Positions 37,811 through 51,120 of a stretch of 64,000 bases of DNA are shown piece by piece. The notes under the pieces are model-generated. The model was not told where the DNA came from. It did no database searches and was given only the letters and a program-made list of their open reading frames with translations. The DNA is taken from NCBI RefSeq assembly GCF_009834535.1, contig NC_045697.1:92382001-92446000 (forward strand). The letters run 5' to 3'. Each line of letters opens with the position of its first letter. The stretch's first letter is position 1. The translations under genes were made by a program, and so were the position numbers. This DNA is from Camelus ferus. Taxonomy: Eukaryota.

Positions 37811-38749
37811 TTAGCTCCGTAACTGCTGTCTGTTTGAGACTCCTTCATTTATTTAGCCAATATCTATTGAGTGTATCTCCCTTTCCTCTGGTGCCTTTTT
37901 GTTCTTTTTTCAAGATTTTGCTAAGTGACCCCCCTAGAATCACTCACACTCACCACTGCTCATTTACTATTTGCCATAGTGACTCTTGTATTCCTAGGCA
38001 GAATCTCACAGCAAAGTATGAAGATGGCCAAGTGTACTGCTGAAACATTCATCTGGCTACAGTAATATGCAGATGCACACTAATTTATGTGTCTTAATTA
38101 AACACACACACACATACACACACACTTCACACAGGACCTATGAATAAAAATACAACTTACAACCCCACCTTCTGAATCTCTATGACTTTTTTAAACTTTG
38201 GCAGCATATACAAGAAATGTTTTAAAGTTTTAAAAGACTGCTTATTAGTTTCTTTTTTTATGGAGGGAGTGATGATTGAATCTGTGGGTACTTAGTGAGT
38301 TAAAAATAAAATAGTGATTTTTACATCATAAAAGAGAGTTATATGACTGAAGTAAGGTATATTGTTATTTCATATTGCTTGAATTTTCTGTACCTTTACT
38401 TTATAATACTTACACTATTACATCCTTGGACAGCTCCATTAATGTGATTAGAAGTGCACAGTTTCTGTCTCATCTGTTATAGTTAATATGAAGGATTTAT
38501 GTCATATGCAGTGTACAATATAACAAAAATAGAAAAATTATAAATGTGTTTCAAGAAATACTTCTTTGCAAAATAACAAAATTTCTGTGTCATGAAATCT
38601 TTTGACAATGTGATGTTCTCAACATAGATCTTAGCACTCAGAAGATATTAAAAATATATTTGTTAAATAAATGAACTCATTAATACTTTAAAGTCTTGTG
38701 TTATAGTTGCTATCGCTATATGAATATTGGAACCCTAAAAAGGAAATCA

Positions 38750-41700
38750 AACGGAGTAGAGGGGCAGAACCAATAAATGGTACCTCCTCACAGCAAGTGG
38801 CCTAGCCCAGGAAGCCTTTTTGAACCCTCAGCCCAAGACTCCCCTCACCCACCCAGAGACATTGAAGCAGGAAGGAAGAACCAGCAAAGGGTTTTACTAA
38901 CAGGAAACAGTCTGGTTCAGGAAGTTTCTCATCCCATGGGCCTGAAATCCTCTTTCCAGAGACACTGGAGCAGCTAGGGAGCATTAGTAGGGGGATTTCA
39001 GTACATGCTCATGAAGACAACTTGATGATATGTTTCCACATCAAGATACTCAGAAGCCCAGGGGAAACATCTTTCATCACCATAGGAAGCACCAGCAGAG
39101 ACCAGTGAGACCCTAGTTGCACCAGATAAGCCCAGAAGATCCAAATAATACCTCAAAGGCTCTGAAAATTTAGTGGACATTGGACCCACAGCTCACACAG
39201 CCTGTACAAGTAGGTGAGTATCTGTGTGCTAAACCCAAATGGGATGATCACCTACTGGTATAGACTGTATATATGTGTCCTTCCAAAATGTTTATGTTAA
39301 GTCCTGTCATTTAATGTGATGTTATATGACAGTGGGGACTTTGGGAGGTGATTAGGTTAAGAGAGTGGAGCCCCCATGAATGGGATTAGTGCCCATATGA
39401 GAGGGACCCCAGAATGCTCCCTTGCCTTTATGCCATGTTAGGACACAGTGACAATATATCCGTTTATGAACCATGAAGTGGGCCATCACCCAACAGCAAA
39501 TCTTCTAGCCCTTTAATCTTGGTGGTCTCAGCGTCCAGAAGTGTGAGATAATTTCTGCTGTTTATAGATCACCAAGTCCATGGTATTCTGTTATAGCAGA
39601 CTGAACAGACTAAGACACCTACTAAAAAAATAGTTTAATAGAAACTAGAGACTTCTAAAATGATAGACAAAGTGTCTACAATTAAAAATTAATTACCTAT
39701 CCTATCAAGAACCGAGAAAGTCACAGCTTGAATAAGAAAAGATGATAATACAAAGATGAAATATATGAAAGTATTTGGGAAGAATTTTATTAACCATTAT
39801 AGAAGTACTTAAACAGTAAATTATAAATTCACTTGGAATAAATAAAAAAGAGAAAATCTCAGCAAATAAGTAGAAGTAATAAAGAAGAATCAAATGGAAA
39901 GTATAGAATTTAAAAAAACAAACAACAGAAGAAAAACGTGCTGAATGGGCTCAGTAATGGAGAATAAATGATTGAGGATAGAATCAGTGCACTCAAGAAT
40001 TCTATCAAACATTTAAGAAAATATGAATAAGAAAGTCTCCCTATATTGTTTTATGAAAGCAGTACTACTTTATTTCTAAAACCAACAGACCAATATGTCT
40101 ATTAACTTAGATATGTAAATGCTCAACAAGATATTAGCAAACCAAATCAAACAATAAAACTTATTCTAGATATTTAAGTCTGGTTCAACATTTGAAAAAT
40201 GTTGAAAAAAATTTGAAAAAAATCAATCAGTATAATCAGTAATATCAACAAGCTAAAGAAAAAAAATACATGATCGTACCAGTTGACACAGAAAAAACAC
40301 TTGAAAATTTTCAATACTTATTTTTAACAAAAGCCTCTAGCAAGTTAAAAGAAAGATAAACAACTAAGCATGATACAGATCAACTACAGAAACCTTAAAG
40401 CTAACTTTATACTTAATGGTTAAAACTGAATTTTCACCACCTCTGATCATGAACAAGGCAAGCTCTCACTACTCTTATTTGACATAATACTTGAAGTTCC
40501 AGCCACTGCAATAGTCAAGAAAAAGAAGTAAGGGACATGCAGATGGAAAAGGAAGTAATAAAACCCACAATTTTCAGATGGCATGATTATCTACATAGAA
40601 AATCCCAAGAAATCTATAGAAATATTCCTATATAATAAGTGAGCTCAGGAACATCACAGGATAAGTAATCAACACACAAATCAAAATTGTTGCTATATAC
40701 TAAAAATGAATATAGAAAAACCAGAAGCACAATACCTTTTAAAGTGGCTTCAAAGCAAATGAAATACTCAGGTATACACTTACCATAAGATGTACACCAT
40801 CTGTATGCTGAAAGTTGCAAATTTAAAAAAGAGAAGAAAACAAGACCAAAAAATGGAGAAATATGCCATGCTTATGGATTGGAAGATTTGACATAGTAAA
40901 AATGTGAATTCTCCCCAAATTGATCCATAGGTTTAATGCCATTCCTATCAAAATTCCAGCAAGTATATTTGTAGACATAGATAAGCACACTCTAAATTTG
41001 TATGGGAAGGTACACATTTTTGAATAGCTAACATAATCTTGACAAAGGAGGATTAATTGGGAGGAATTACTCTACCAAACTTTAAGTCTCACTATTTAGC
41101 TACAGTAATCAAGGCAGTATGGTATAAATGTGTTATTGGCTAAGGGTTAGATATGTAGATCAATGGAATAAAACAAAGAACCTAGAAGTAGACATACAGA
41201 CTTACACAAATGTGCTCAACTAATTTTTGACAGAGGTGCAAAAACAGTTCAGTGGAGGAAGAATAGTATTTTCAACAAATGATGCTGAAACAACTGGAGA
41301 TTGGAAAAAAAAAAAAAAAGAACCTTGACCTAAATCTACATCTTGTACAAAAATTAACTCAAGATGGATTACAGACTTAAATTTAAAATGTAGACTATAA
41401 GATTCTTGGGGAAAAAAAAAAACAAAACAGAAAATCTTCTGGAACCAGGGTTAGGCATAGTTAGCTTAGACTTGACACCAAAAGCACAATGTATAAAAGG
41501 AAAAAATGATTTATTAGATCTTATCAAAATTTTAAAAATTATAGTCTGCAAAAGCCCATGTGAAGGAAATGAAAATTATGAAAATGTAAGCTACTGATGA
41601 GAAAAAAAATATTTGTAAACCTCAGATCTAACCAAAAAAAAAAAAAAAAAAAAAACAAAAAGCTAGTACTTAGGATATATAAAGAATTGTCAAAAGTCAA

Positions 41701-42745
41701 CAAAAACAAAATCCAATTAGAAAATGGGCAAAAGAGCCATGAACATTTCACTGATGAGGATCTACAGATGTCAAATAAGTTCATGAAAATATGTTTAGTA
41801 TCATTAGGCAGCAGGAAAATGCAAATGAAGACCACAATGAAATAACACTACATACCTAGTGAATAGCTAAAATAATTAATAATGACAGTATTAAATGCTG
41901 GCAAGGATTTGGAGAAGCTGAATCACTCATGCATTGCTGGTGAGAATGTAAAATGGGACAGCCACTCTAGAAAATAATTTGACATTTTTGTATAAAAGTA
42001 AACAGGCAATGAGCATATGGCACAGCAATTGCACTTTTGATCATTTGTCCGAGAAAATGAAAGCTTAAGTTCACTCAGAAACCTGTACATGAATATTAAC
42101 AGCATTATTTGTAATATTTGTTTTATTTTGTGAAAACCAGAAATGGAAATCAAGCCAGATGTTTTTTAACAGGTGAATGTTTAAACAACCTGTGGGATAT
42201 ACATGCTGTGGAACACTGCACAGCAGTAAAAAAGAATGAGCTTTTGATACATGCAGCAACTTGTAGCATATTCAGGCAGTTATTCTAAGTGAACAGAGTT
42301 GACCCCAACAGTATACCATATCATTCCTTTTGCATGTTTTTGAAATGGTAAAATTGTATAAATAAAAGAATAATGGTTGCCAGGGGTTTAGTGTGAGTTG
42401 TATAGTGGCAGGAGGGAGGTGGGTGCAACACGAGGTCTCTTGTAGTGATGAAACTGTTCAATATCTTGACTGTGGTGATAGATGCAAGAACTTTCACATG
42501 TGAAAAAATTGTATGGAACTAAACAACATACATACACAAGTATAAGTAAAACTGGAGAACTCTGAATAAATTTGTGGATTGTATCAATGTCAATATAATA
42601 TTAGTGATATTCCACAAGTACTGCAAAATTTTACCACTAGATGAAGCTGGGTAAAGTGTACATGGAATGTCTCTGTGTTATTTCTTATAACTACATGTGA
42701 ATCTACAATGACCTCAATAAAAATTTGAATTAAAAAAAATTAAAA
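38750..42745 (+). mobile_element. Old L1M (L1MD/L1MC-like) with 5' region, ORF1 remnant, large internal deletion, decayed ORF2 RT/C-terminus and 3' UTR
   Basis: ORF2 motifs 'gaattctatcaaacatttaag', 'ttttcagatggcatgattatctacatagaaaatccc' (FADD-equivalent region), 'catgcttatggattggaaga', 'atgcaaatgaagaccacaatga'. 3' end 'gtgaatctacaatgacctcaataaaaattt'. Many stops and frameshifts. The 5' boundary is approximate. Confidence 0.9.
39256..39617 (+). mobile_element. MLT1A/MLT1A0 MaLR solo LTR nested in the L1
   Basis: 'tttgggaggtgattagg...catgaatgggattagtgccc...ctgttatagcagactgaacagactaagaca'. Perfect 5-bp TSD CCTAC (39251-39255 / 39618-39622). Confidence 0.92.
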
Positions 42746-44399
42746 GCAAGTTGGAGAGTCAAAGCACTATATTTAAAAAGTGTCTTGGAATTCAAATATT
42801 TATTCTTAACACTTTTCTATAGAGTCTATTCCTAGAAGGTGACAGAATGTTGTTTTCCTATGATTTACACAATTACATTAGAAATACTTAAAAAATTACC
42901 TCATTAAGGATAATTCCTATAGTAAACTATAGATTATAATCATTAATGATTTCCTGTGTTCCATGAATTCCCTGATAGGGATTAACCCAAACTAGTTGTG
43001 GAATTTATTTTCCTGATTTCAACAAGGAACATGGCATGCTTACAGATTAGCATAAAATGTATGTATCATAGAAAAGATGTAAAGTTAATTCGCTCTTTCA
43101 TGAGAGAGAGAAAGAACACGATTTGGTTTACCTTGATTCCTAATTTTGCCTCTTGCAAAACGCAGCTCAATAATCTAAGAGTATTTTATATAATTAGAAT
43201 TTTTGCAATTTTTAATCTGAAGAAATTAAAACATCAGTTACAATTAACAAACACTAAAGGCTGTGATGGCCCTCAAAGGTTCTCTTAGGAAAAATGCATA
43301 AATTGAATTTACCGATAATAACAGCACTAATACACCACTTTATACATTTGAACTAGTGGTAAGAACATAAAGTACAAGTATATATGCATGTATTTTTTTG
43401 TTTGTTTCTTTGAAAAGTTATGTTGATGTTCAACCTAAATCCCTAGCTTCTTAATAGAGGGTTTAAAAATAGATACTGCCCTGGCTTCCTTAGCCATTTC
43501 ATTCATATATTCATTTTTCCCTGTTTAACCTTTGTACTTTAATCAATTTTGTGTTTTTATACTCATAGTTCCTAGTTCTTTCACTCAGTCTGGTGACAAA
43601 ATGTAAGCCTTATATTCTCTTGAAAGTTTCAATTACATTCATACAGCATACAGCTGAGTATTCAGAATATACTGAAACAGAAAAAAATAATGTGCTGCAG
43701 AATGCTGTGATTATGTGACTGTTCTGTCTACAAAGAGCTGCTTTGATAAACTCTTCTGCAGAGCTTTTGAATGTACATGTTTTCCTTTGGACTCTTGAAT
43801 TCAGCTCTGGGGGACTCTAAACTAAAATGGAAATTCAAGTAAATTAGGAAAGCTGCATTAAAATGGAAACAGTCCTGTATCATGAAAAGAAGAATTGAAG
43901 GTACTGTGAATATTTTACCCAATGGGGAGAAAGCATCATGGAAAGTGAATGTTCATCCCAGTTTTCCTAGTACAGTACAGATTTATACCTCTTATCCTAA
44001 CATAATTTTTAATATTACTCTTCTGCTCACAAAAGTGTCTCAGTTTTGGCAAGGTATTATATGGCAACCCTAATTATGAAGTACCTAATAACTGCTTTCA
44101 GTTGCTTGAAAGACGTCATGTGGAGAAGGCATTAGTCCACATTTGCATGAGCCAGAGATATAAATAGTTCAGTGAGTAGAAGCTTTAAGAACTCACCTTT
44201 TTGGATCAGTGTAAGAAGGATATTTTAAAATTTGGGAAAAGCCTCTCTTCAAAAGAGGAAAAACTACTTCGTTTTAGTTACTTAAACATAGAAGAATGAC
44301 TTGTCAGGTTTTGTCAAGGGATTTCAGTGGATGATTGGATTAAAGGATGTGTTAAGTTTCCTTATAAATTTTGCAGTTTCTGAATAATAAATATAAGAA

Positions 44400-44640
44400 A
44401 AATAAGAATAACCCTATTTCTTGAGTGCTGTTATCTAATTTTTCCTTGTAGTTGAACATTTATTTATCTCTCTAAATTTATGAGAGACAGTATCATTATC
44501 CACTTCTTCCCCCTTTTTAAATGAAGAAAGTGAAGTTTAGTGTGGTTAAGTAACTTGCCCAAAGTCCCCATCAATTTTATAGTGATTGTGTTTAAATCTG
44601 TGTTCTGGTTCCCAGAACCGTACTATTGATCACACTTACG
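44400..44640 (-). mobile_element. MIR SINE
   Basis: 'aaatgaagaaagtgaagtttagtgtggttaagtaacttgcccaaagtc'. Confidence 0.75.
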
Positions 44641-44774
44641 GTCATTAATATGACTAAAATAATAAAACACATATTTATAATACTGATACTCTTTATTGAG
44701 TGCTCACTACATTCAGGTACTCTGGTAAACACTTCTCACATCTTCTTTTTATAAGAGCCCTGTGAAATATGCAT

Positions 44775-45240
44775 TGATCAGGACTGTCTTGCATGTAAGT
44801 GATGAAATACAGTTCAATTTGGTTTACAGTGCCAGGTGTACAGCTCACAGCTGAAAGCTCAGTGATGATGCTGGCATAGAGACTATTGGATCCAAGAGCT
44901 TCAACAAGATTGTCATGTATCTGTATATCTATATCTCAGAGAAGATAGGCTTTCTTCATGTGTGGCAGGATAGCTTAACAATTCTATGTTCATGTCATTT
45001 TTACAGGTAACAACATCAGGAAAGAAAACAGATTGCCCCTGTTGTGGGTTAGCATTTTCTCCTGAACAGTTGCTGTGTACAGGAATGTGGTATATTTGGA
45101 TTGGTTGGCCTATTAACATGGCCACCATTCAAGGGTGTTGAGGGCACATGACTGACAACTCCGCTAGAATCCCATAGATGCAATTCCTAAGAGAAAATAA
45201 AGAATATCATTATCAGAAGGGGAAGATATGCTAGTTTGAC
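44775..45240 (-). mobile_element. MLT1K-like MaLR LTR inside a MIR
   Basis: 'tcaggactgtcttgcatgtaagtga...ttggatccaagagcttcaac...ggattggttggcc...tatcagaaggggaa'. Confidence 0.6.
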
Positions 45241-46144
45241 TCAGGTAAATATCATATAAACATTAGATGGGCAAATAATTATCACACCTGAGCAGTTTGC
45301 TCAATACAGTGATGATTTCCAAACCCAAGGTTTTGTGGATTTTGTCATTTCTATACCCAATTTGTGACTACTATGCAATGTTTATTATAGCAATATAGAA
45401 TTGTTTAATATGTATAAATTCTAGTTAAAATTTTTGCACATGAATTCTTCTATTTTTCCTGTTGTGCTTTTAGAGAGTTATTATATTCATGGAAATAAAA
45501 TACTGTGTATTCAAAATTACTTAAATGGATAATTCATTTCTTAAATCTTTAGCTCTAAAAATAAAAGGAATAGAGTGATTCTGAATAACCAAGCAACTTC
45601 TGCCCCTCAACAAAACAAACAAACAAAAAAAACAAAACAAATCACCAAAGGATGTCTGGAATACAAACTGGTTTGATTTTTGAGGATGGCAGTAGTTATA
45701 ATTGGCCAATAATTGATCATTAATCAATCTTTATATGTCATATAAATAGTTTAGAAGCATACATTGTTCTCAAATTGCACTTATTTGAGTTCTCTTTTTT
45801 GCTAGTATATTGGACAAATACCTTTTATATGGTCTTTCTTATTTTGAGTAAACACTTGCAACAAATTGTTTTCATCTTTATCAAACAAACAATGATCTTT
45901 TTATTTCTAATCACTTTTGAAAATCTCTGGAAATGATTCACTTTTCCTTTAATAAAATACAGACTGGAAATTTTGCTTGGAGTTTAGGGAGCTTTTGGGA
46001 ATGAAATGCAAGTAAATCCTTCCAAAGGAATTTAACTTCTCTCTTTTAGAAAGGTGAAAAATACCTATTCTCATCCCAGTGATGTCCTGTTGAATCTAGT
46101 GAAGGGAAAATTAAGATTGTAACTTGAAGGCAGAAGTGTTTCAT

Positions 46145-46146
<2 letters not shown>

Positions 46147-46184
<38 letters not shown>
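46147..46184 (+). repeat. (GT)19 microsatellite
   Basis: Perfect dinucleotide run. Confidence 0.95.
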
Positions 46185-46186
<2 letters not shown>

Positions 46187-49164
46187 TATAATGTTGGATA
46201 GAGATTTCTGAGGTCAGTATCTCAAGAAAAGAACAATAGACACCATGATTTAATTTTCAGAATGAACCATTGAGTAGACAACAATTTTATTTGACTGTTC
46301 TTGCCAAAAAAAGAGTGAATTAATTGATGAAAACGCTTGAATAGTAAAAGGAGCAAAAGTAAAACACTGACATGCTAAAATTAGAATGCAAAATTTAGCA
46401 TTAATCTAAAGCTACATATTGCTCAACATTTAGTATCTACATTTGATTGACTCAAATGACTTTCAGTAAAATTCTTGGGATTACAGTATCTTTTTTATAG
46501 ATAAAATGTCTAGATGTAGGTAAGATTGAGTAAATATGTCTCAACTATTATGTACCTAAAAAAAGCTTCTAATGGAAAATCTTTCAAAACAAGTAATTTG
46601 ATTAAAAAACCATGGGGTTATCCATCAAAGGCAACTAGCCCTTTTTTTCTTAGCAATTAATTTCCTATTGATTCAGCATTTTTATGGACAAGTCACCTCA
46701 GTTAAAAGCATGATAACAAAACAGTTTGCTCCTCTAGAACCATATTCTAGCATTATAATATGTTTTCACATGTGTGTATTTTCTGTTTTTAATGCTTACC
46801 TTTATACTATGTGGTTACAAAAAATGTGTAGTTCACACAATCACTACATGACACTCGGACCACCTCTTCAGTTCTCCCGATTTTGGAGTTCTAGTTCTTG
46901 TGTGTAGTATTTGATATTCTACTTTCAACAAAATGTAGGGGACCTCAAGTACATTCAAAAACAAATCTGTGGCAGTAGGGATCAGCTACAGGCTCAAATC
47001 CTAAAAGGTAACAGCAATATGAAAAATAAAGAGATAGGAAATTTAGTGGTAAATAAATTTGAAGGGTTTGAGGTTGCTTTGTCTAGAAAAGAGAAAATAT
47101 ATAGTGATTCTTTGCAACATTTCTATTTTGATATCTATCAAATTCCTGATGACTTTGGTTCTAAAAGTTTGATTTATTTACTCATATCTTCTTGAAAGCA
47201 TCTTACTAGATAATCTTGTATCTTACGTTTTTCTCTGTGTGGACATGTAGCTTCCCAGAAGAAACAAGCATTAGTCTACTTTGTCAAAGTTGATACCTCA
47301 ACCTGTGCTCTTAAACATATCATCACCTGTTTCCAAGTAAAGATAACACTTTATTTTGCATCAAGTGCTATTTTAATCCTGAATTTTTATTTTAAATGAC
47401 TGCATATTATTCAAGTATTTTTGTCTTTTGTGACATCCATTAGTGCATCCACATCATTTTTCTAAGTTAAACAATAACATACTAGTTTTTTTCTTGCACT
47501 TTGCATGAAAAAACTATCAAACTTATTTTTCCAAAGACAGCATATGCAGGAGTATTCATTGCTCCACCAAAATAGATCTGATATTTTGGTACCCACAATT
47601 CTCCATCTGTATGCCAGATGCTTGAAGCCACGTGGCACTGCTCATATTTTAAACAAATAAATGTGAAATATACAAGATGGGTAAAGGGCAGTGTTAATGT
47701 TTTACATGTGTGCCATCATTATTCAGACTATATTAATCTTCCCTGAGATTTTTAAATATCATTTTTGAAAAGAATGCTGCAATATCAGGGAATAGGTACA
47801 GCAAATAAATCAACATGTTGAACTGCTCAGTACTAACCTCATACATAACATTGGATGTCTTTTTAAGATAAAGAGCATATACTTTAATTATGTTGACATG
47901 AAACAAAATGTAATAGGTCATTGAATTGTGGACACATTTTATATGAAGTACTACCTTCTTGATCTCAAAGAGATTTTTTAAATTGTTATTTATTGGAATA
48001 TTTTAAATTATTTGATAAAAGAAAGATTTCTGTAAATTCGATTTCAAAATTTGTGATGAAAACAAAATCCTACATGAAATGTATATACGTTTGGTTGATA
48101 CAACTTAAAAATCATTATAAATATGTATCTCTATTTTTTTATCATTTTGTTCCATTTGAATGTTGAAATTTTCTTATGTCCTTTTGTTGGTATCTGATAA
48201 TAAGTATAGTTGTTAGGCTAGGTTGTTTATCCTATTTATTTCTTGTGTACTTCTGGTCTCTCTATTTTCTCTTTATTACATCATAGTTCTATTTAATTAA
48301 CTACTTAGATAGTTTCTCTGCTATAGACTTCTTTGTTTTAGAAAATCCCCCTTGGATACTTATTTATCCTAAAATATTACTACTCTTTCATGCCTCCTGT
48401 TTCAGTTAAGCTTCAGTGGTTTTCTGTTTTCTAGAGATAAAACCAAAACTTTAACCTAGCTTCCATTTTGTAGCAGAATCCGGACAACAAAGTTTCCTAA
48501 TTCTGTTTCTTACCATATCCTCAAATCAGGCTACTCCGTATGTTTAGGATTTCTCTTGCTCTTCATTTTGCTTTCAGCAGTTGAAAGGATGGAATGTGTC
48601 CTCACCTGTCTTCTCTATGTGTAGAGTTTATTGTTCTACCTTTTAATGTATTGAATATGTAGTCAAAACCTTATCTTGCTTTTATGAAAATATATCTCTA
48701 CAATTTTAGAAAATTTCCTTTGGATTACAGATTTATTAAACCCAGAATCTGATTATACCCGTCATCCTTTCCAACAAATATTGCTTATTTAGCTTAGTTC
48801 TCAAGTTCTCCTAATAATTAAGCATGGGCTACTAAATCAGTGTTTTAATTTTAGTAAGAAACATAAGTAGTGTATTTTCCTATGATACATAATTGAGAAA
48901 GTGAATAAAAGAGTGAGGAAGAGTCAGTATTCATGTAATTTTATATTGTGCTACCTATAACAGAAATGAACTTTTCAGTTTGTCCTTTGGAAACTTTTGG
49001 CTACAAATACAAGACTACAGTGCAAACTAGTTCAAAGGAGATATGTGACAAACAAGTTTGGAGATGGGATACAAATTTTAGAAGACTTAACAGTGTAGGT
49101 CACAAAAATCAAATAAAGTATTTCTTTCTTGGAACGAGTTTCATTTTATCATCTTTCTTTCATG

Positions 49165-49290
49165 GCTGAGGTTAGGAGCTCTGTGAAGGCTGCAATGTTA
49201 ATTGCTCAGTCCTCAGAATCCAGAATGGTGCCTGGTTCATTGCGTGTACTCCAGCAGTATTTGTTGAATAGACAGAAGCATATGAATTGG
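49165..49290 (+). mobile_element. L2 3' end
   Basis: 'gagctctgtgaaggctg...cagaatggtgcctggttcattgcgtgtactccagcagtatttgttgaata'. Confidence 0.7.
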
Positions 49291-50484
49291 TATCCTATCC
49301 ACAGGATCACAGGGCCAGAGAGTACAGATAGTATTTTCTGCTTGCTTCAATAGAACAATTTTGAGGGACAGCTACTAACTTTGACCTGTTCACATTCTAA
49401 CTCCTGGCATCAGGAGGGGCTGTAAGAAAGCAGAATCAGGGAGGGCTGCTGGGAAGACAGCGCAGAAGCCACAGAGGACTGTTGTACACGTAAGTGTCTC
49501 TGTCCTTTAAGTGTTTGTTCAATAGCAGAAATATAGACCAAAAACCTCAGTTGGAAGAACAAAGTATATAGGTAATGCAGTTTTCTCTAAGAAAACACAT
49601 GAGCTGCAGTCTCCCAGCAAAGAAGAATTAACTCCGATTTATTTGAATGCTGTATTCCATACCATATTTTTGAATCCCTAAACTCTTCAAAAAGTATTAG
49701 AGCTCCTTCCTCCAATACTTCTAAACATTCCTGAGAGTGTCTAGACATATTGGTGAAATGGTATAGAAAGCAATGTTTCATCTCATGCAGCAGATGCTTA
49801 ATGATAAATCTAAGCTACAATTTAAATCCTAAAATATGTTACTTGGTGTCAGTGTCAAGTGACTTTGTACATTGAGAAGTACATCGTTGTAATGTATCAA
49901 AATGTGGGTGATCTTTTTAATATTAACACCAGAAATAGAGATCCAAATTAGAAAGCTAGAAAGGCTTGCTCTAGGAACAACATAAGTAGAAAAGATAAAG
50001 ACTACAATTTTATCTCTTAAAAACTATCATTCTAAAATGAAAGTATATAAGTTTTCCAAATCTTTCTTCCTACTCTTCCCTTCCCTCAACTTCCTAAACT
50101 CTAAATGCTACTGAAAGAAATCTTTTGCTGTTATCTGTGGCATGAGTTAGAAGTGAATGTTACTTTGTTGTTGTTACTAAGTCTGTACTTGTTATGCATA
50201 TGACAAAGTCTTATTATTCCATCGAAAAAGTCATAATTTAAATTACTTTTCACACATTTTAATGCTGTTCTGTATTGTTCTTAATGAAGGTCGGACCTGT
50301 GAGATAATATACTATTAATGGCTGAATTCTAGCTGTTTTGTATGTATTATACATTTGACAAGAATTCAGCTTCAGAAGGAGCAGTTAATTTACATAGAAA
50401 ATGTTTTGCTATAAGCAAACCAAAGCATGCCTACATCCAAATATAGAAACATGTTGGTGGATTGATAGTTTTATGTTATGAAGA

Positions 50485-50486
<2 letters not shown>

Positions 50487-50514
<28 letters not shown>
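50487..50514 (+). repeat. (AC)14 microsatellite
   Basis: Perfect dinucleotide run. Confidence 0.95.
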
Positions 50515-50515
<1 letters not shown>

Positions 50516-50975
50516 ACATGCATATATTCTCTTGGGCTCAGATGATAAAGATAAAATGTATTTTGTAGTTGAGGGTATTTTATTTCCTTTCATTCACTCT
50601 TGATCTTTTGTTCAGTTGTTGTATTTATTTTTTGTATGTTTTATAGCTATTTAATCATTTAGTTGATGAGCACCTAACAAGGATGCCATCCTTACCACTC
50701 TATAGGTATCTTCTCATTTAAGTCTCAAAAAGAATTCATGATAAGCTTTGACCTATTTTACTTAGGAGGAAACTGAGGTTTTGAGTCTCTGTAAGCTTTG
50801 AAGTGACAAAGCCAGGCTAACTTAAAATACATCCCCATGCTGTGAACCAGTATTCTGTGCTTTCTACCCACCAGAATAAGGAGGAAGGAGGGTGGGCCCA
50901 AGTTCCATTGCCTTTTTTGAAATTAGATCATCAGATATTTTGTATATAGTTTACAGACTTATTGTGCCTTATTTA

Positions 50976-51120
50976 GTTAATTTTTTTAAACTTTTTTTTT
51001 TTTTGGTGGGAAGGTAAACAGTGTATTTATTTATTATTTTTAATGGAGGTACCGGGAATTGAACCCAGGGCCTCATGCGTGCTAAGCATGCGATCTGCTG
51101 CTGAGCTATACTCTCCCGAC
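50976..51120 (-). mobile_element. Camelid tRNA-derived SINE (Vic-1-like)
   Basis: Minus strand 'gggagagtatagctcagcagcagatcgcatgcttagcacgcatgaggccctgggttcaattcccggtacctccattaaaaataataaataaa...' with Pol III A/B boxes and an A-tail. Perfect 14-bp TSD ttgtgccttattta (50962-50975 / 51121-51134). Confidence 0.9.

Noticed and set aside
40614..42259. Cluster of short ORFs
   Set aside because: They are sense and antisense frames of a decayed L1 ORF2.
51045..51118. tRNA gene
   Set aside because: It is the tRNA-like head of a SINE, with an A-tail and TSD.
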